Shown here: positions 55,214 to 63,432 of the stretch, one piece after another
Layout of the letters: every line of letters begins with the position of its first letter
Position numbering within the stretch: the first letter of the stretch is position 1
Origin: an uncultured Pseudomonadales bacterium
GTDB lineage: Bacteria > Patescibacteriota > Microgenomatia > UBA1400 > Chazhemtobacteraceae
Assembly (NCBI GenBank): GCA_964422035.1
Contig: CAYQZQ010000002.1
Coordinates: 1,612-65,611 of the forward strand
Direction: 5' to 3'
DNA length: 64,000 bases
The notes under the pieces: model-generated
Database searches by the model: none
What the model was told of the DNA's origin: nothing
Seen by the model: the letters and a program-made list of their open reading frames with translations, nothing else
Made by a program: the position numbers and the translations under genes

Positions 55214-55293
55214 TGAATTTATTATACAGTGATAACAATGATATTTTGTCAGACAGGGATGTTTTTGGGATCGTCTGTGATAAAATATGGCCT

Positions 55294-56376
55294 GTGAATC
55301 AGACAAAAGATAAACGACTAGAAGTTGCAGTAGGCCTGTCTGGAGGTGTTGATAGTGCTGTGAGTGCATATCTTTTAAAGCAACAAGGATATGAAGTGGT
55401 TGGTGTGTATTTGAAGTGTTGGGATGAGGGTCCTGAGTGTCAAGCGAGGCAGGACAGGAAAGATGCTCTCAGGGTGGCTATGAAGCTTGAGATTCCAGTT
55501 AAGGTGTTGGATTTTGAGAAGGAATATAGAGAAAGAGTAATTGATAGGTTTTATGAGGCTTACAAGAAAGGTTTTACTCCAAATCCTGATGTGTGGTGCA
55601 ACAGTGAGATAAAGTTTGGTTTGTTTTTAGATTGGGCAAAAAGTGAGGGTTTTGACAAGATTGGAACAGGCCATTATGCAAAAAAGGGAGAGACAGATGG
55701 GGGTTATAAATTGTTAAGACCAAAAGACAAAAGTAAAGATCAAACGTATTTTTTATATCAACTTAATCAAGAACAATTGAAGAGTGCGTTGTTTCCTTTG
55801 GGAGAGAAAGAGAAAAGTTGGGTAAGAGAAAAGGCTGGAGAAATTGATTTGCCGGTAGCTGACAAAAAAGACAGTCAGGGAATTTGTTTTGTGGGAGATG
55901 TGGATGTGCAAGAGTTTTTAAGAAGAAGATTAGAAGAAGAGAAGGGTGAGGTGGTTAATAGTAAAGGAGAAAGGATTGGTGTTCATCAAGGAGTCTGGTT
56001 TTATACTATCGGGCAGAGAGGTGGTTGGCAGATAGATAGGGAGTTTCAGCAAAATTATCAAGGAGAGATGCCAGTGTTTTATGTTGTAGACAAAGATATT
56101 GAGAGTAATAAGTTAATAGTGGGGGAGAGAGAAGAGTTGGGTACAACAAACTTTAAGGTAAGTGATTTGAGTTGGATAAGAGAGTTGAATGATGAGTTGT
56201 CTGATGACGATTTAAAGGTAAGAATACGTAATTTAGGAGAGTTGGTGGATTGTAGTGTGAGTGTGGCAGATGAATTGGCTGTTGAGGTTGAAGATGAACT
56301 AGAGGGAGTTGCGTGTGGGCAAGCGGCAGTCTTTTATTTGAACGATGAGTGCTTGGGTGGAGGGGTGATTAAATAA
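55294..56376 (+). CDS. mnmA: tRNA-specific 2-thiouridylase MnmA
   Basis: PP-loop VAVGLSGGVDSAVSAYLL, catalytic Cys in NPDVWCNSEIKF and SQGICFVGD. Start was assigned to the in-frame GTG at 55294; ORF 55186 has no in-frame ATG near the conserved N-terminus. Confidence 0.8.
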   Translation: MNQTKDKRLEVAVGLSGGVDSAVSAYLLKQQGYEVVGVYLKCWDEGPECQARQDRKDALRVAMKLEIPVKVLDFEKEYRERVIDRFYEAYKKGFTPNPDVWCNSEIKFGLFLDWAKSEGFDKIGTGHYAKKGETDGGYKLLRPKDKSKDQTYFLYQLNQEQLKSALFPLGEKEKSWVREKAGEIDLPVADKKDSQGICFVGDVDVQEFLRRRLEEEKGEVVNSKGERIGVHQGVWFYTIGQRGGWQIDREFQQNYQGEMPVFYVVDKDIESNKLIVGEREELGTTNFKVSDLSWIRELNDELSDDDLKVRIRNLGELVDCSVSVADELAVEVEDELEGVACGQAAVFYLNDECLGGGVIK

Positions 56377-56411
56377 ATTCTGAGGTTGTTTTTTGGGAGA
56401 AATGATGGTTT

Positions 56412-57599
56412 ATGATAAAATTAGTGGGTGTTGAAAGAAAGGAGACACTATATTTGACAAAAAAACAAAAAACCAAAGCGAAAAAGAAAAACTCGGATAA
56501 GGGTGGCGTTAAGGCTACTTCAATGGATGAGTTGTTGGATAAGACTGGGCATAGAATTAATGCCCCCCAAAAGGGAGATGTTGTTAAGGGAATGGTTACT
56601 CAAGCCAGTAATAACCTCGTTTTAGTGGATATTGGAGCTAAGACTGAGGGTATGGTTATTGGTAAAGAGCTGGATGTGGCTAAGGATTTGATTGAGGATT
56701 TAAGTGTTGGAGATGAGATTGAGGTTTATGTTAAGGATCCAGAAAATGATTATGGTCAGATTTTATTAAGTTTACGTCAGGCAGCTGAAGACAGGAGATG
56801 GGAGAAGTTTACTGAGTGGTTGGAGACAGGGCAGGCAATTGAGGTTACTGGTATAGAAACTAATAAGGGTGGTCTTATTGTCAGTGTTGATGGAAGAAGA
56901 GGTTTTGTACCTTCAAGTCAGTTTAGTCAGGAGTATTTAGGTAAACAAGAGGCTTTGGTGGGTAAGAATTTTAAAGTACAGGTGATTGAGGTAGATAGAG
57001 AACAAAACAGATTAATCTTCTCTGAGAAGGCAGTAAGTGAGGCTTCTGAAGAAGCAATGAAGGATGAAGCTTTAAAGAAGGTAGAGAAGGGAGATGTTTT
57101 AGAGGGAGTGGTAAGTGGAATTATGCCTTTTGGAGTGTTTGCTACGGTTAGTGTTCCTTTGGCTGGTAAGGATGAAGATGAAGGAAGGCTTGAAGGATTG
57201 ATTCATATAAGTGAGATTTCATGGGAGAAGGTAGATGATCCAAATAAGCATTTTAGTGTAGGAAATGAGGTAGAAGTTGAAGTTATTGGAGTCGATGGAG
57301 ATACTGGTAAGTTGAATTTATCCATAAAGAGATTAAAGGATGATCCCTGGGATGATATCAAGGATAAATATACTGAGGGAACCAAGCATACTGGTAAAGT
57401 GGTTCGAATGGCACCTTTTGGAGTGTTTGTTAATTTTGAAGCTGGAATTGATGGCTTGATTCATATTTCTAAGATGCCGGCTGATAGGGAGTTTGAGGTG
57501 GGCGAAGAGGTGGATGTGTATGTTGAAAAATTAGATGTTGAGAATCGTAGAATGAGTTTGGGAGTAGTTTTGCATGAGGTACCGGTTGGATACAAGTAG
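56412..57599 (+). CDS. rpsA: Ribosomal protein S1-like protein (four S1 domains)
   Basis: 395 aa. Repeated S1 OB-fold units (GDVVKGMV..., GQAIEVTGIETNKGGLIVSVDG..., GDVLEGVVSGIMPFGVFATV..., GKVVRMAPFGVFVNFEAGIDGLIHISK). Confidence 0.75.
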   Translation: MIKLVGVERKETLYLTKKQKTKAKKKNSDKGGVKATSMDELLDKTGHRINAPQKGDVVKGMVTQASNNLVLVDIGAKTEGMVIGKELDVAKDLIEDLSVGDEIEVYVKDPENDYGQILLSLRQAAEDRRWEKFTEWLETGQAIEVTGIETNKGGLIVSVDGRRGFVPSSQFSQEYLGKQEALVGKNFKVQVIEVDREQNRLIFSEKAVSEASEEAMKDEALKKVEKGDVLEGVVSGIMPFGVFATVSVPLAGKDEDEGRLEGLIHISEISWEKVDDPNKHFSVGNEVEVEVIGVDGDTGKLNLSIKRLKDDPWDDIKDKYTEGTKHTGKVVRMAPFGVFVNFEAGIDGLIHISKMPADREFEVGEEVDVYVEKLDVENRRMSLGVVLHEVPVGYK

Positions 57600-57608
57600 A
57601 AAAATAGA

Positions 57609-58931
57609 TTAGAAAAGTTCGGAGGAAAGTTTTTTAAGAGTTGAGAAGTCTTGGTGGTGGAAAAGCTGTTTGTAGCCTAAAGTTTTGGCTTCTTTGAGTC
57701 TTTTGTCAAAATAGGGGACTGGTCTGATTTCTCCAAGCAAACCTAGTTCTCCGATACTAAGTGAATTTAATGGTAGGGGTTTGTCTTTGTAGCTACTTAA
57801 GATTGCTAGAGCGATAGCTAGATCAGCAGCAGGATCGGAAAGGTTAAGTCCGCCAGTGACGTTTACGAAGACATCTCTTTGTCCCAGTTTAAGATTTAGA
57901 TGTTTGGTTAGAACAGCGCAGATGAGCTGTAGTTTGGATTTTGAAATTCCTTGCCCAACACGTCGAGGGATGTTTAGTTCGGTGTAGACGGTTAGGGCTT
58001 GGATTTCGACCAGTAGGGGTCTAGTACCCTCCATGATAAGGCTTAGGGCTGATCCTGGATTCTTCTGACTAGAGTCTGAGAGGAAGGCTTGACCGGGGTT
58101 TTGTATTTCTTTTAGGCCTTTGGAGCTCATTTTAAAAAGACCGGTTTCGTCTGTTGGTCCAAAGCGGTTTTTAAGGCCTCGAAGAAGTCTTAAATCATGA
58201 TGGCGGTTGCCTTCAAGCTCTAGGACAACGTCAACCATGTGTTCTAGAAGTTTTGGTCCTGCAATGGTGCCTGATTTTGTAACATGGCCAACTAAGATAA
58301 TGGGAAGTTGGGTTGATTTGGCTAGATTGATTAGTTTTTTGGCGCTGGTGCGAATTTGGGATGGTGTGCCGGGGGATGAGGACAAGCCAGGATTGGTAAG
58401 AGATTGGATGGAATCGACGATTAAAAGATCTATATCGTGGTGATTTTTTTGAACGTGCTTGATTATGTCAGGAGTGGAGCTGGTTTCTAGTAATTTGATT
58501 GAGTCAGAGTCTGATTTAGGGGAAAGTCGTTTGATGCGTTTTGATACTTGGTAGTTATTTTCTTCAGAGCAGATATATAAAGTGCTTTCTTTAGGTGATA
58601 ACTTGATTGAGAGTTGGGATAGAAGGGTAGATTTGCCGATACCTGGTTGCCCAGCAAGAAGAATGACGGATCCGGCGGTTAAGCCACCACCTAGTACACG
58701 ATCCAGTTCTTTGATTTGGGTGGATTGCTGATCAAAGTCGCTTTTTTCTAGTGTTTGTTTGGGGGTGGTGGCTTTGGGAGCTTTAGTTGGGGAGAAGTCT
58801 TGAGGATCAGAGGTGTCTATTTGAAGAGGTCTGATGGTATTCCAGTTTTTACAGATGGGACATTGGCCTGACCACTTGGGAAATTCATTGCCGCAGTCAT
58901 CACAGATATAGATGGTATCTTTGTTGGACAT
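57609..58931 (-). CDS. radA: DNA repair protein RadA/Sms
   Basis: 440 aa. N-terminal zinc finger CDDCG...CPICKNWN, Walker A GQPGIGKSTLLSQL, the RadA KNRFGP motif, and a Lon-protease-like C-terminal domain. Confidence 0.9.
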   Translation of the reverse strand: MSNKDTIYICDDCGNEFPKWSGQCPICKNWNTIRPLQIDTSDPQDFSPTKAPKATTPKQTLEKSDFDQQSTQIKELDRVLGGGLTAGSVILLAGQPGIGKSTLLSQLSIKLSPKESTLYICSEENNYQVSKRIKRLSPKSDSDSIKLLETSSTPDIIKHVQKNHHDIDLLIVDSIQSLTNPGLSSSPGTPSQIRTSAKKLINLAKSTQLPIILVGHVTKSGTIAGPKLLEHMVDVVLELEGNRHHDLRLLRGLKNRFGPTDETGLFKMSSKGLKEIQNPGQAFLSDSSQKNPGSALSLIMEGTRPLLVEIQALTVYTELNIPRRVGQGISKSKLQLICAVLTKHLNLKLGQRDVFVNVTGGLNLSDPAADLAIALAILSSYKDKPLPLNSLSIGELGLLGEIRPVPYFDKRLKEAKTLGYKQLFHHQDFSTLKKLSSELF

Positions 58932-59097
58932 ATTTTTAGTATACAGTGTTTATTAGTGGGGGAGAAAGGGTGTTTTAAAGTTATCCACAGGAAATATTTT
59001 TTGTGAATTTGAGTTAGAAAAGATTGGTGTAGGGGGATAACAGATACTATTGATAATTATAGGATTATGGTGAAATAAGTGAAGTTAATATTACAGG

Positions 59098-59125
59098 TTG
59101 ATTTTTTAGGAAAGATTGCTATAAT
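59098..59125 (+). promoter_or_regulatory. Sigma70-like promoter: -35 TTGATT (59098-59103), 16-nt spacer, extended -10 TGCTATAAT (59117-59125)
   Basis: Perfect TATAAT with an upstream TGn, good spacing and an AT-rich upstream tract. It sits in a 470-bp gap between two minus-strand genes and has no plus-strand ORF downstream. Confidence 0.45.
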
Positions 59126-59132
59126 TTGGATA

Positions 59133-59378
59133 CATAGGTGAAACCTTCAGAAAGCACATAAAAAAGTCAAGACAAATAGAAAAGCATCACTACCGCAGGC
59201 GATGCTCGAATAGTGATGCCTTTCTGTGATTGACTGCTCCAGGACAGGTGGCAGCAGTCTGATGAAACTGTAGCAGATGAATATTTATTTTGTCAACTTA
59301 TAGTTTCATGGCCCTGAAAGGGGTTTGGTGACTAGTTGGGCAGGCAAGTCACCAACCCGCTTTTGGGGCTTTTTTTAT
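59133..59378 (+). ncRNA. Candidate small non-coding RNA (about 245 nt), family unassigned
   Basis: It runs from the predicted TSS (about 7 nt after the -10) to a stem-loop plus U7 terminator. Internal hairpins include GCAUCACUA...UAGUGAUGC (9 bp) and GACUGCU...AGCAGUC (7 bp). No ORF of 60 aa or more lies in the region. Confidence 0.4.
59322..59377 (+). terminator. Putative Rho-independent terminator (12-bp bulged stem, GGUGACU/AGUCACC core, followed by CCC..GGGG C + U7)
   Basis: Stem 59322-59334 pairs with 59348-59359. U-tract at 59371-59377. Oriented for plus-strand transcription. Confidence 0.4.
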
Positions 59379-59399
59379 GGTTTGACTTGAAATTTGAGA

Positions 59400-62123
59400 C
59401 TACTTTTTTTGTTTGGGTTGATGAAAAATGAGAAGGATAGGAAGTATAATGAGGGCAGCGAAACCAAGATATTGGATTAATTGGGGTTGATAGATGATAA
59501 GTAGATTTGATTGACCGGAGGGAAGTAGCCAGCTATTGGCCCAGTTGTTTGCTTGTTGGTGAGTAGGAAGAGGTTGGAGCATGGTTGATAGAGCGTATTG
59601 TTTCCAGACAGGAAGTAAAGTGGTTTTTGAGGGAATTAGATAGGCTTTCCAGCCCTTATCAAAGCTTTGATTTAGGGTGATTAGAGAACGGGGGTGAGGT
59701 GAGTTTGCAGAGATAGTGTAGAGGGTTGGAGAGTGTTTCTTAACGGAGGTGATGTCTGTGTATGGATAAGAAGATGGTTGAGTAGCGATGTCAAATTGAG
59801 AGGCGGGAAGAGGAGTGATCTGGATTTTTTTCCAGGAGTTTTTAGTTTCTGTTTGGCCTATGGAGTAGTTGTAGAGATGGAGGGTGTAGCCGTATTTTTC
59901 AGGTTGCATTGGGGGAAGAGTTATGGTGTCTTTGTGCCAGTCGGCTGATTTGTCCAGATATTGATATATAAGGCAGTTTTTTGATGTGTATGACTCAAGA
60001 CAGAGCGAGAAGGGAAAGCCGGAGTGATTGCGATGCTCAATATTGATTTGATAGCCGTATGAATGAGGTAGTGAGGAGAAGTTGAAGTGGTCGCAGGTGT
60101 TAGCATCGGTGGCGGTGTAAGTAACTTGATCTGAAAGGATTTGTTTATCAAAATATTGAGAGTTGAACTGATCGCAGTTTTTAGATTGGTCTTCTATGGC
60201 GGAGTTGTTGTCTTGAGGGGTTTGAGTGATGATTTGTGGAGCCGGTTGGGGTGAATCAGGTAGAAGGTTGTTGGTTGAAGACAGTTTTTGGGTGTTGATG
60301 AAGCTTTTGGGCTGGGTGGGAAGAGAAAGTGAGTAGAGGGTAAGATGATCAAAGGTTTTTTGATTGGTTACAAGTGAGCTTTGAGAAAGCAGGGACTTTA
60401 GTTGGTCAGTATAGAGGGCAGTTTGATCTTGGGAGGCGGGGATAGTAACTGAGTGATCGATTAGAAGCCAGTTAATTTGGTATTTTTCAAGTAGATGTTC
60501 TAGATAGGGGAGGTTTTGTGAATAAAGAGCAGTTCTGATTTCTTGGTAGTAGTCTTGATTGTAGGGAGACCAGACATCAAAAGCTCTGTCTAGGGTAGCT
60601 TGGGGTATGCCGTACCAGATAAAACCTGATCCTCTATACCCCCACTGGTAGAAGTGCCACCCCCAGAGGGTATGTTGAGGAAAGTTGGCTAGTCTGGTGT
60701 TGTGATCTTGATTGTCTAGGTATTCAAATAACTGAAAGTAGCTTTGGGGTATGGAGGTCTTTAAAGGAGAGTAGATTAGGTGGCCCTGAAAGGCGGGAGA
60801 AGAGAGTAATATTAAGGCTAAAGCTAGTGTGAATGAGGTAAGTAGGGGGGTTAGTTTGAAGTGAAGCATGGAGAAGAGGTCAAGTAGAAAGACGGTGGCA
60901 ACAGAGAAGAAAAGAGAGAAGCTTAGGGCAGCAGGTGTACCCCATTTGGTAAAAGGTGAGCGAAAGGCTTGATTAAGTAAGGGTAGGTGTTGTTGGAAAG
61001 ACTGATAAAGCGAGAGGAAGGGTGGGTTTAGATTGATAAGGAAAAATATGGATATAAGGGATAAAATTACAAGTGGTATAGCGGTGTAGAGTTTTTTTAT
61101 CAGAGAGTAAATTAAGCCAATAAGAGTGAGGGCAAAGATGGTGTAGCCGATGAAGTCGATAACAGGGTGGGACAGGTGTTCTATCCAAGGTTGCATAATG
61201 AGTTGAAACTTATTTTCTGAGAGATTAAGGTCGGTGTATTGAAAGTTGAAGCTTTTGAGTAGGGCCAGGTTTGAGATTTGACCAAACTCTTGATTTCGGG
61301 CAGTTATCTCTGGTGTTGAGATTTGATTTTGTAAGGCTGTGGGAAGTTGGTTGGCTGAAGAGAGAGTAAAGTGTGAGTTAGGGAGGAGCCAGTAAGCTTG
61401 AGTGATAATTATGGTTAAGGTGAGTATGAAGAGTTGTTTTAGAGTGGAAAAAGAAAGGTTGGTGACAAGATGATGGATGAGAAAAGGAATAAGAGAGATG
61501 ATAAAGACTATGAATAATGTTTGAACATAGAAAGTGGGGGTGGAGGCTATAAGTATAAGAGTTAAAAAGATAAAGGTTTTTTTAGAAGGCTGGTTAAGAT
61601 ATTTGATTGAGGAGTAAAGAAGCCAAGGAAGAAAGGCATAGAAATAGGTAAAGGTCTCAAAAGGAAGATAGAAAACTTGAACAGTGTTTAGGTTAAGCAG
61701 ATAGGCAAGGGCAGCAAAGAAAGCAGCAATTTTTTTGGCTTGAGGGTCGAGTTTGTCTAGAATGGTTTTTGAGGCAAGAAAATAAACACCTAAGGGGCCT
61801 AGGGTTAGAGTAATAAAGGTAAGTAGGTAGCGGATGAAATTAAGAGGGAAAATTAAAGATAATAGGTATGCAGTGAGGGTTCTTGTTAAATCTGCAGAGT
61901 GAGCCATGCCGGCTAGTAAGCCAAGACCTCGATATTGCTGCCAGATGGATAAGTATCGCTTGAAGTGAAGGGGGAAGTTAAATTCTGAGTGAATGTTGTC
62001 CCAGCCGGTTAGCCAAGTATTTGGTTGGTAGTTGAGAAAAGAAAGGGAAGAGGTGATGAAGATAATAGCAATTATCGGCCAGTAAGGTAAAGCTTTACTG
62101 AAGATCGATTTTAGTTGTTTCAT
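59400..62123 (-). CDS. Large polytopic membrane protein with a C-terminal extracytoplasmic domain, GT-C-fold-like (YfhO/ArnT-like) candidate glycosyltransferase
   Basis: 907 aa. About 13 TM helices in the first 450 aa, then a soluble Cys-containing domain of about 450 aa. It lies immediately downstream of a GT2 gene, as in csbB-yfhO-type pairs. Confidence 0.4.
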   Translation of the reverse strand: MKQLKSIFSKALPYWPIIAIIFITSSLSFLNYQPNTWLTGWDNIHSEFNFPLHFKRYLSIWQQYRGLGLLAGMAHSADLTRTLTAYLLSLIFPLNFIRYLLTFITLTLGPLGVYFLASKTILDKLDPQAKKIAAFFAALAYLLNLNTVQVFYLPFETFTYFYAFLPWLLYSSIKYLNQPSKKTFIFLTLILIASTPTFYVQTLFIVFIISLIPFLIHHLVTNLSFSTLKQLFILTLTIIITQAYWLLPNSHFTLSSANQLPTALQNQISTPEITARNQEFGQISNLALLKSFNFQYTDLNLSENKFQLIMQPWIEHLSHPVIDFIGYTIFALTLIGLIYSLIKKLYTAIPLVILSLISIFFLINLNPPFLSLYQSFQQHLPLLNQAFRSPFTKWGTPAALSFSLFFSVATVFLLDLFSMLHFKLTPLLTSFTLALALILLSSPAFQGHLIYSPLKTSIPQSYFQLFEYLDNQDHNTRLANFPQHTLWGWHFYQWGYRGSGFIWYGIPQATLDRAFDVWSPYNQDYYQEIRTALYSQNLPYLEHLLEKYQINWLLIDHSVTIPASQDQTALYTDQLKSLLSQSSLVTNQKTFDHLTLYSLSLPTQPKSFINTQKLSSTNNLLPDSPQPAPQIITQTPQDNNSAIEDQSKNCDQFNSQYFDKQILSDQVTYTATDANTCDHFNFSSLPHSYGYQINIEHRNHSGFPFSLCLESYTSKNCLIYQYLDKSADWHKDTITLPPMQPEKYGYTLHLYNYSIGQTETKNSWKKIQITPLPASQFDIATQPSSYPYTDITSVKKHSPTLYTISANSPHPRSLITLNQSFDKGWKAYLIPSKTTLLPVWKQYALSTMLQPLPTHQQANNWANSWLLPSGQSNLLIIYQPQLIQYLGFAALIILPILLIFHQPKQKK

Positions 62124-62133
62124 GGGGTAATCT

Positions 62134-63015
62134 TTAACTTTGTTTGGCTAGTTGAAGATTAGCTTTAAGATTGTGCAGTTTGATTTGAGGGAAGGTGAAG
62201 CCGAAGATAATAGAGTAGAGAGGATAGATTAATTTTTTAGGGAAGATCAAAATAACTATTAATATTAATTTGTTTTGTATTTTGGTTAAAAAAGTTGGCT
62301 GGTAGTTATAGTTTTTTCTAGCGTTTTGTCTGATTTTATAGGCATCGAGGTAGGTATGGAGAGGATCTTTTAAGGAAAGGCCTTGTGGATTCTGTCGGTA
62401 TTTGATTATGGTGTCTGAAAGATTGGCAGCTTTTCCGTATTGAAAAAGCTTGAAGTATAGATCCAGATCTTCGGAGGATACTTGATCGGAGTGGTACCAA
62501 GAAAATTTTTTAGGAAGTAGACTGGTATTGATCATTACAGCTGGGTGTTGAAGAGGAGAGCGAATAAAGGCTAGTTGGTAGATTTGTTGGTGGTCTGTGG
62601 GGAAGGTTTTTTTACCGATTATTTTGTCTTGGGTGTCTATGAGTTGGCACTGGCCACCCACAATGATGGTTTTGGGGTGTTTTAGAAGGTATTTAAGCTG
62701 TTTTTGGAGCCTGTCTGGGAGCATGATGTCATCTGCATCCATGCGAGCTACGTACTGGCCTTGGACGTGCTTTAAAGCTTTGTTTAAAGTGTGGGCAATA
62801 CCCTGGTTGGGAGTGTGGGAGAAGACTTTAATTTTGGAGCTTTTTTTGGCGTATGAATTGAGGATGTTTAAAGAGTGATCGGTTGAAGCATCATCGATGG
62901 CGATTAACTCCCAGTTTGAATAAGTTTGGGTTAAGACACTATCTAGAGCTTGCTTTAAATACGCAGAGGAGTTGTAGACGGGAAGGATGATGGATATTAA
63001 AGGTTGTTTGTTCAT
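62134..63015 (-). CDS. Glycosyltransferase family 2 (polyprenyl-phosphate sugar transferase-like, with a C-terminal TM segment)
   Basis: 293 aa. ISIILPVYNSSAYLKQALDSVLTQTYSNWELIAIDDASTDHS and the DxD-type YVARMDADDIMLPDRL. C-terminal hydrophobic helix LILIVILIFPKKLIYPLYSIIFGF. Confidence 0.75.
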   Translation of the reverse strand: MNKQPLISIILPVYNSSAYLKQALDSVLTQTYSNWELIAIDDASTDHSLNILNSYAKKSSKIKVFSHTPNQGIAHTLNKALKHVQGQYVARMDADDIMLPDRLQKQLKYLLKHPKTIIVGGQCQLIDTQDKIIGKKTFPTDHQQIYQLAFIRSPLQHPAVMINTSLLPKKFSWYHSDQVSSEDLDLYFKLFQYGKAANLSDTIIKYRQNPQGLSLKDPLHTYLDAYKIRQNARKNYNYQPTFLTKIQNKLILIVILIFPKKLIYPLYSIIFGFTFPQIKLHNLKANLQLAKQS

Positions 63016-63111
63016 AAGTTTAAAGAAAAAGACACAGCTAGAATAAGGATTGAGTAATAAGAAGGGGGTGGTTCGCTCGGAACCAGAATTTGGATCTGAG
63101 CGAGGATGAGA

Positions 63112-63294
63112 CTATTTTTGAAGAACGAAGTGGATGAAGGCGCTTAGAGTCAAGCCAAAACCTGTGATTGCAACGCCTGTAAGACTGATGGTGAGAGCTA
63201 AGTTGCTACCTTCTAGGGTGGTGGGGTTTTCAAAAATAGTACCAAAGATAATGGTAAAAATGCCGATGAAGATAAGGATGCGGGCAAGCTTCAT
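63112..63294 (-). CDS. Hypothetical small membrane protein (2 TM)
   Basis: 60-aa ORF with two hydrophobic helices. A strong SD (AGGAG) lies 6 nt upstream of its ATG on the minus strand. The overlapping plus-strand ORF 63134..63358 is less plausible. Confidence 0.4.
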   Translation of the reverse strand: MKLARILIFIGIFTIIFGTIFENPTTLEGSNLALTISLTGVAITGFGLTLSAFIHFVLQK

Positions 63295-63337
63295 ATTAAT
63301 CTCCTATATATCTAGCTGTGTTAATGTACAAGTCCAC

Positions 63338-63427
63338 TGTAAAGATTCAAGTTTTTGAATCCTTAGGGGTGGTCCGGAACACTTAGAGGTTAGCAGCAGT
63401 AGGCTGCAACGTAAGTGTTCCGGGACC
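63338..63427. repeat. Two adjacent hairpin-forming inverted repeats in the gap between two minus-strand genes
   Basis: GATTCAA-GTTT-TTGAATC (63338-63355) and a long bulged inverted repeat GGTCCGGAACACTTA...TAAGTGTTCCGGGACC (63371-63427) that encloses a GCAGC/GCTGC inner hairpin. No flanking U-tract on either strand. Confidence 0.4.
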
Positions 63428-63432
63428 GGAAA

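Noticed and set aside
55186-55369. The long forms of the two divergent ORFs (mnmA starting at 55186, the RimK-like gene extending to 55369) overlap head-to-head by about 180 nt.
   Set aside because: The RimK-like protein has a typical ATP-grasp N-terminus starting at MKILVVGK (start at 55213). MnmA's conserved PP-loop begins about 12 codons after an in-frame GTG at 55294. The upstream extensions encode no conserved sequence.
59130-59380. I tried to assign the intergenic RNA candidate to tmRNA, RNase P RNA, SRP RNA or 6S RNA.
   Set aside because: There is no tRNA-like 5' GGGG / 3' T-arm-ACCA pairing, which tmRNA requires. The P4/CR-I AGGAAAGUCCGG and CR-V blocks of RNase P RNA are absent. There is no GNRA-capped helix-8 with the conserved AGCA and GGAA internal-loop pattern of SRP RNA. 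6S RNA cannot be recognised by eye. The family is left unassigned rather than guessed.
63134-63358. Plus-strand 74-aa ORF overlapping the minus-strand small membrane protein ORF.
   Set aside because: The minus-strand ORF has a strong AGGAG Shine-Dalgarno at optimal spacing and a clean two-TM hydropathy profile. The plus-strand ORF has neither.
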